From contig NC_068997.1 of the NCBI RefSeq assembly GCF_001194135.2, forward strand, positions 8,796,042 to 8,828,450: a DNA stretch of 32,409 nucleotides, given 5' to 3'. The position numbers and the translations under genes are program-made. Position 1 is the stretch's first letter, and each line of letters starts with the position of its first letter. This document shows positions 32,212 to 32,409 of the stretch, one piece after another. This DNA is from Octopus bimaculoides (lineage: Eukaryota). Under the pieces are notes generated by a model. It was given only the letters and a program-made list of their open reading frames with translations, was not told the origin of the DNA and made no database searches.

Positions 32212-32409
32212 ACCTTTTCGTTAAAATATTTACTTTGAGATGCTCTCTGTTTATTTCAGTTAATTTTTAAATATAACAAAGAATTTAGTCAAATAACTTA
32301 GCTATCATGAAGTTAGTGTTAAGAACATGAATTGTGACTAAGGTTTGGTGGAAGATTTTAATTCCAAACTTATGAAAACAAGACATTTGTACTACAGAGC
32401 CAGAGGCAG
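32212..32409 (+). mobile_element. MITE-like family G copy, cut by the window end
   Basis: aaccttttcgtt...tttatttcagttaattttt...ggaagattttaatt...ccagaggcag. Confidence 0.6.

Noticed and set aside
1-32409. CRISPR arrays, prokaryotic operons, rRNA genes or a nested minus-strand gene
   Set aside because: None seen. The repeats are dispersed eukaryotic elements, and no minus-strand ORF has recognisable homology or a consistent exon chain.

Overview
Eukaryotic, AT-rich, microsatellite-dense genomic DNA with several N gaps. The repeat families look like those of an octopod cephalopod (Octopus sp.); this is my inference from recognising them, not a database result. The window is the internal part of one + strand intron-rich gene, a BAZ2A/B (TIP5/toutatis) orthologue. 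I can define eight GT-AG coding exons (2818-3033, 4925-5080, 6177-6321, 7533-7685, 9342-9520, 10093-10194, 12847-12939, 25433-25548). They encode an AT-hook-like motif, CtBP-type PxDL motifs, a Ser/Asp-rich tract, the TAM/MBD domain and the start of the coiled-coil region. Splice phases require at least one more exon, most likely in the gap at 11259-11768. The gene start and the DDT/PHD/bromodomain exons lie outside the window. The introns are filled with tRNA-derived SINEs, RTE-tailed repeats, TTAA-flanked MITE-like elements and decayed LINE fragments (Tx1, RTE, R4/Dong). The most unusual items are: a ~410 bp palindrome of two head-to-head tRNA-Arg-like SINEs carrying a hammerhead-ribozyme-like core; a 105 bp locally templated insertion into a SINE; two Dong/R4-like 3' ends sitting in (TAA)n tracts; and a Ser at the conserved Gly-Trp of the TAM domain that A-to-I editing could restore. 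Most ORFs in the supplied track are repeat or microsatellite noise. Repeat boundaries are estimated by eye.
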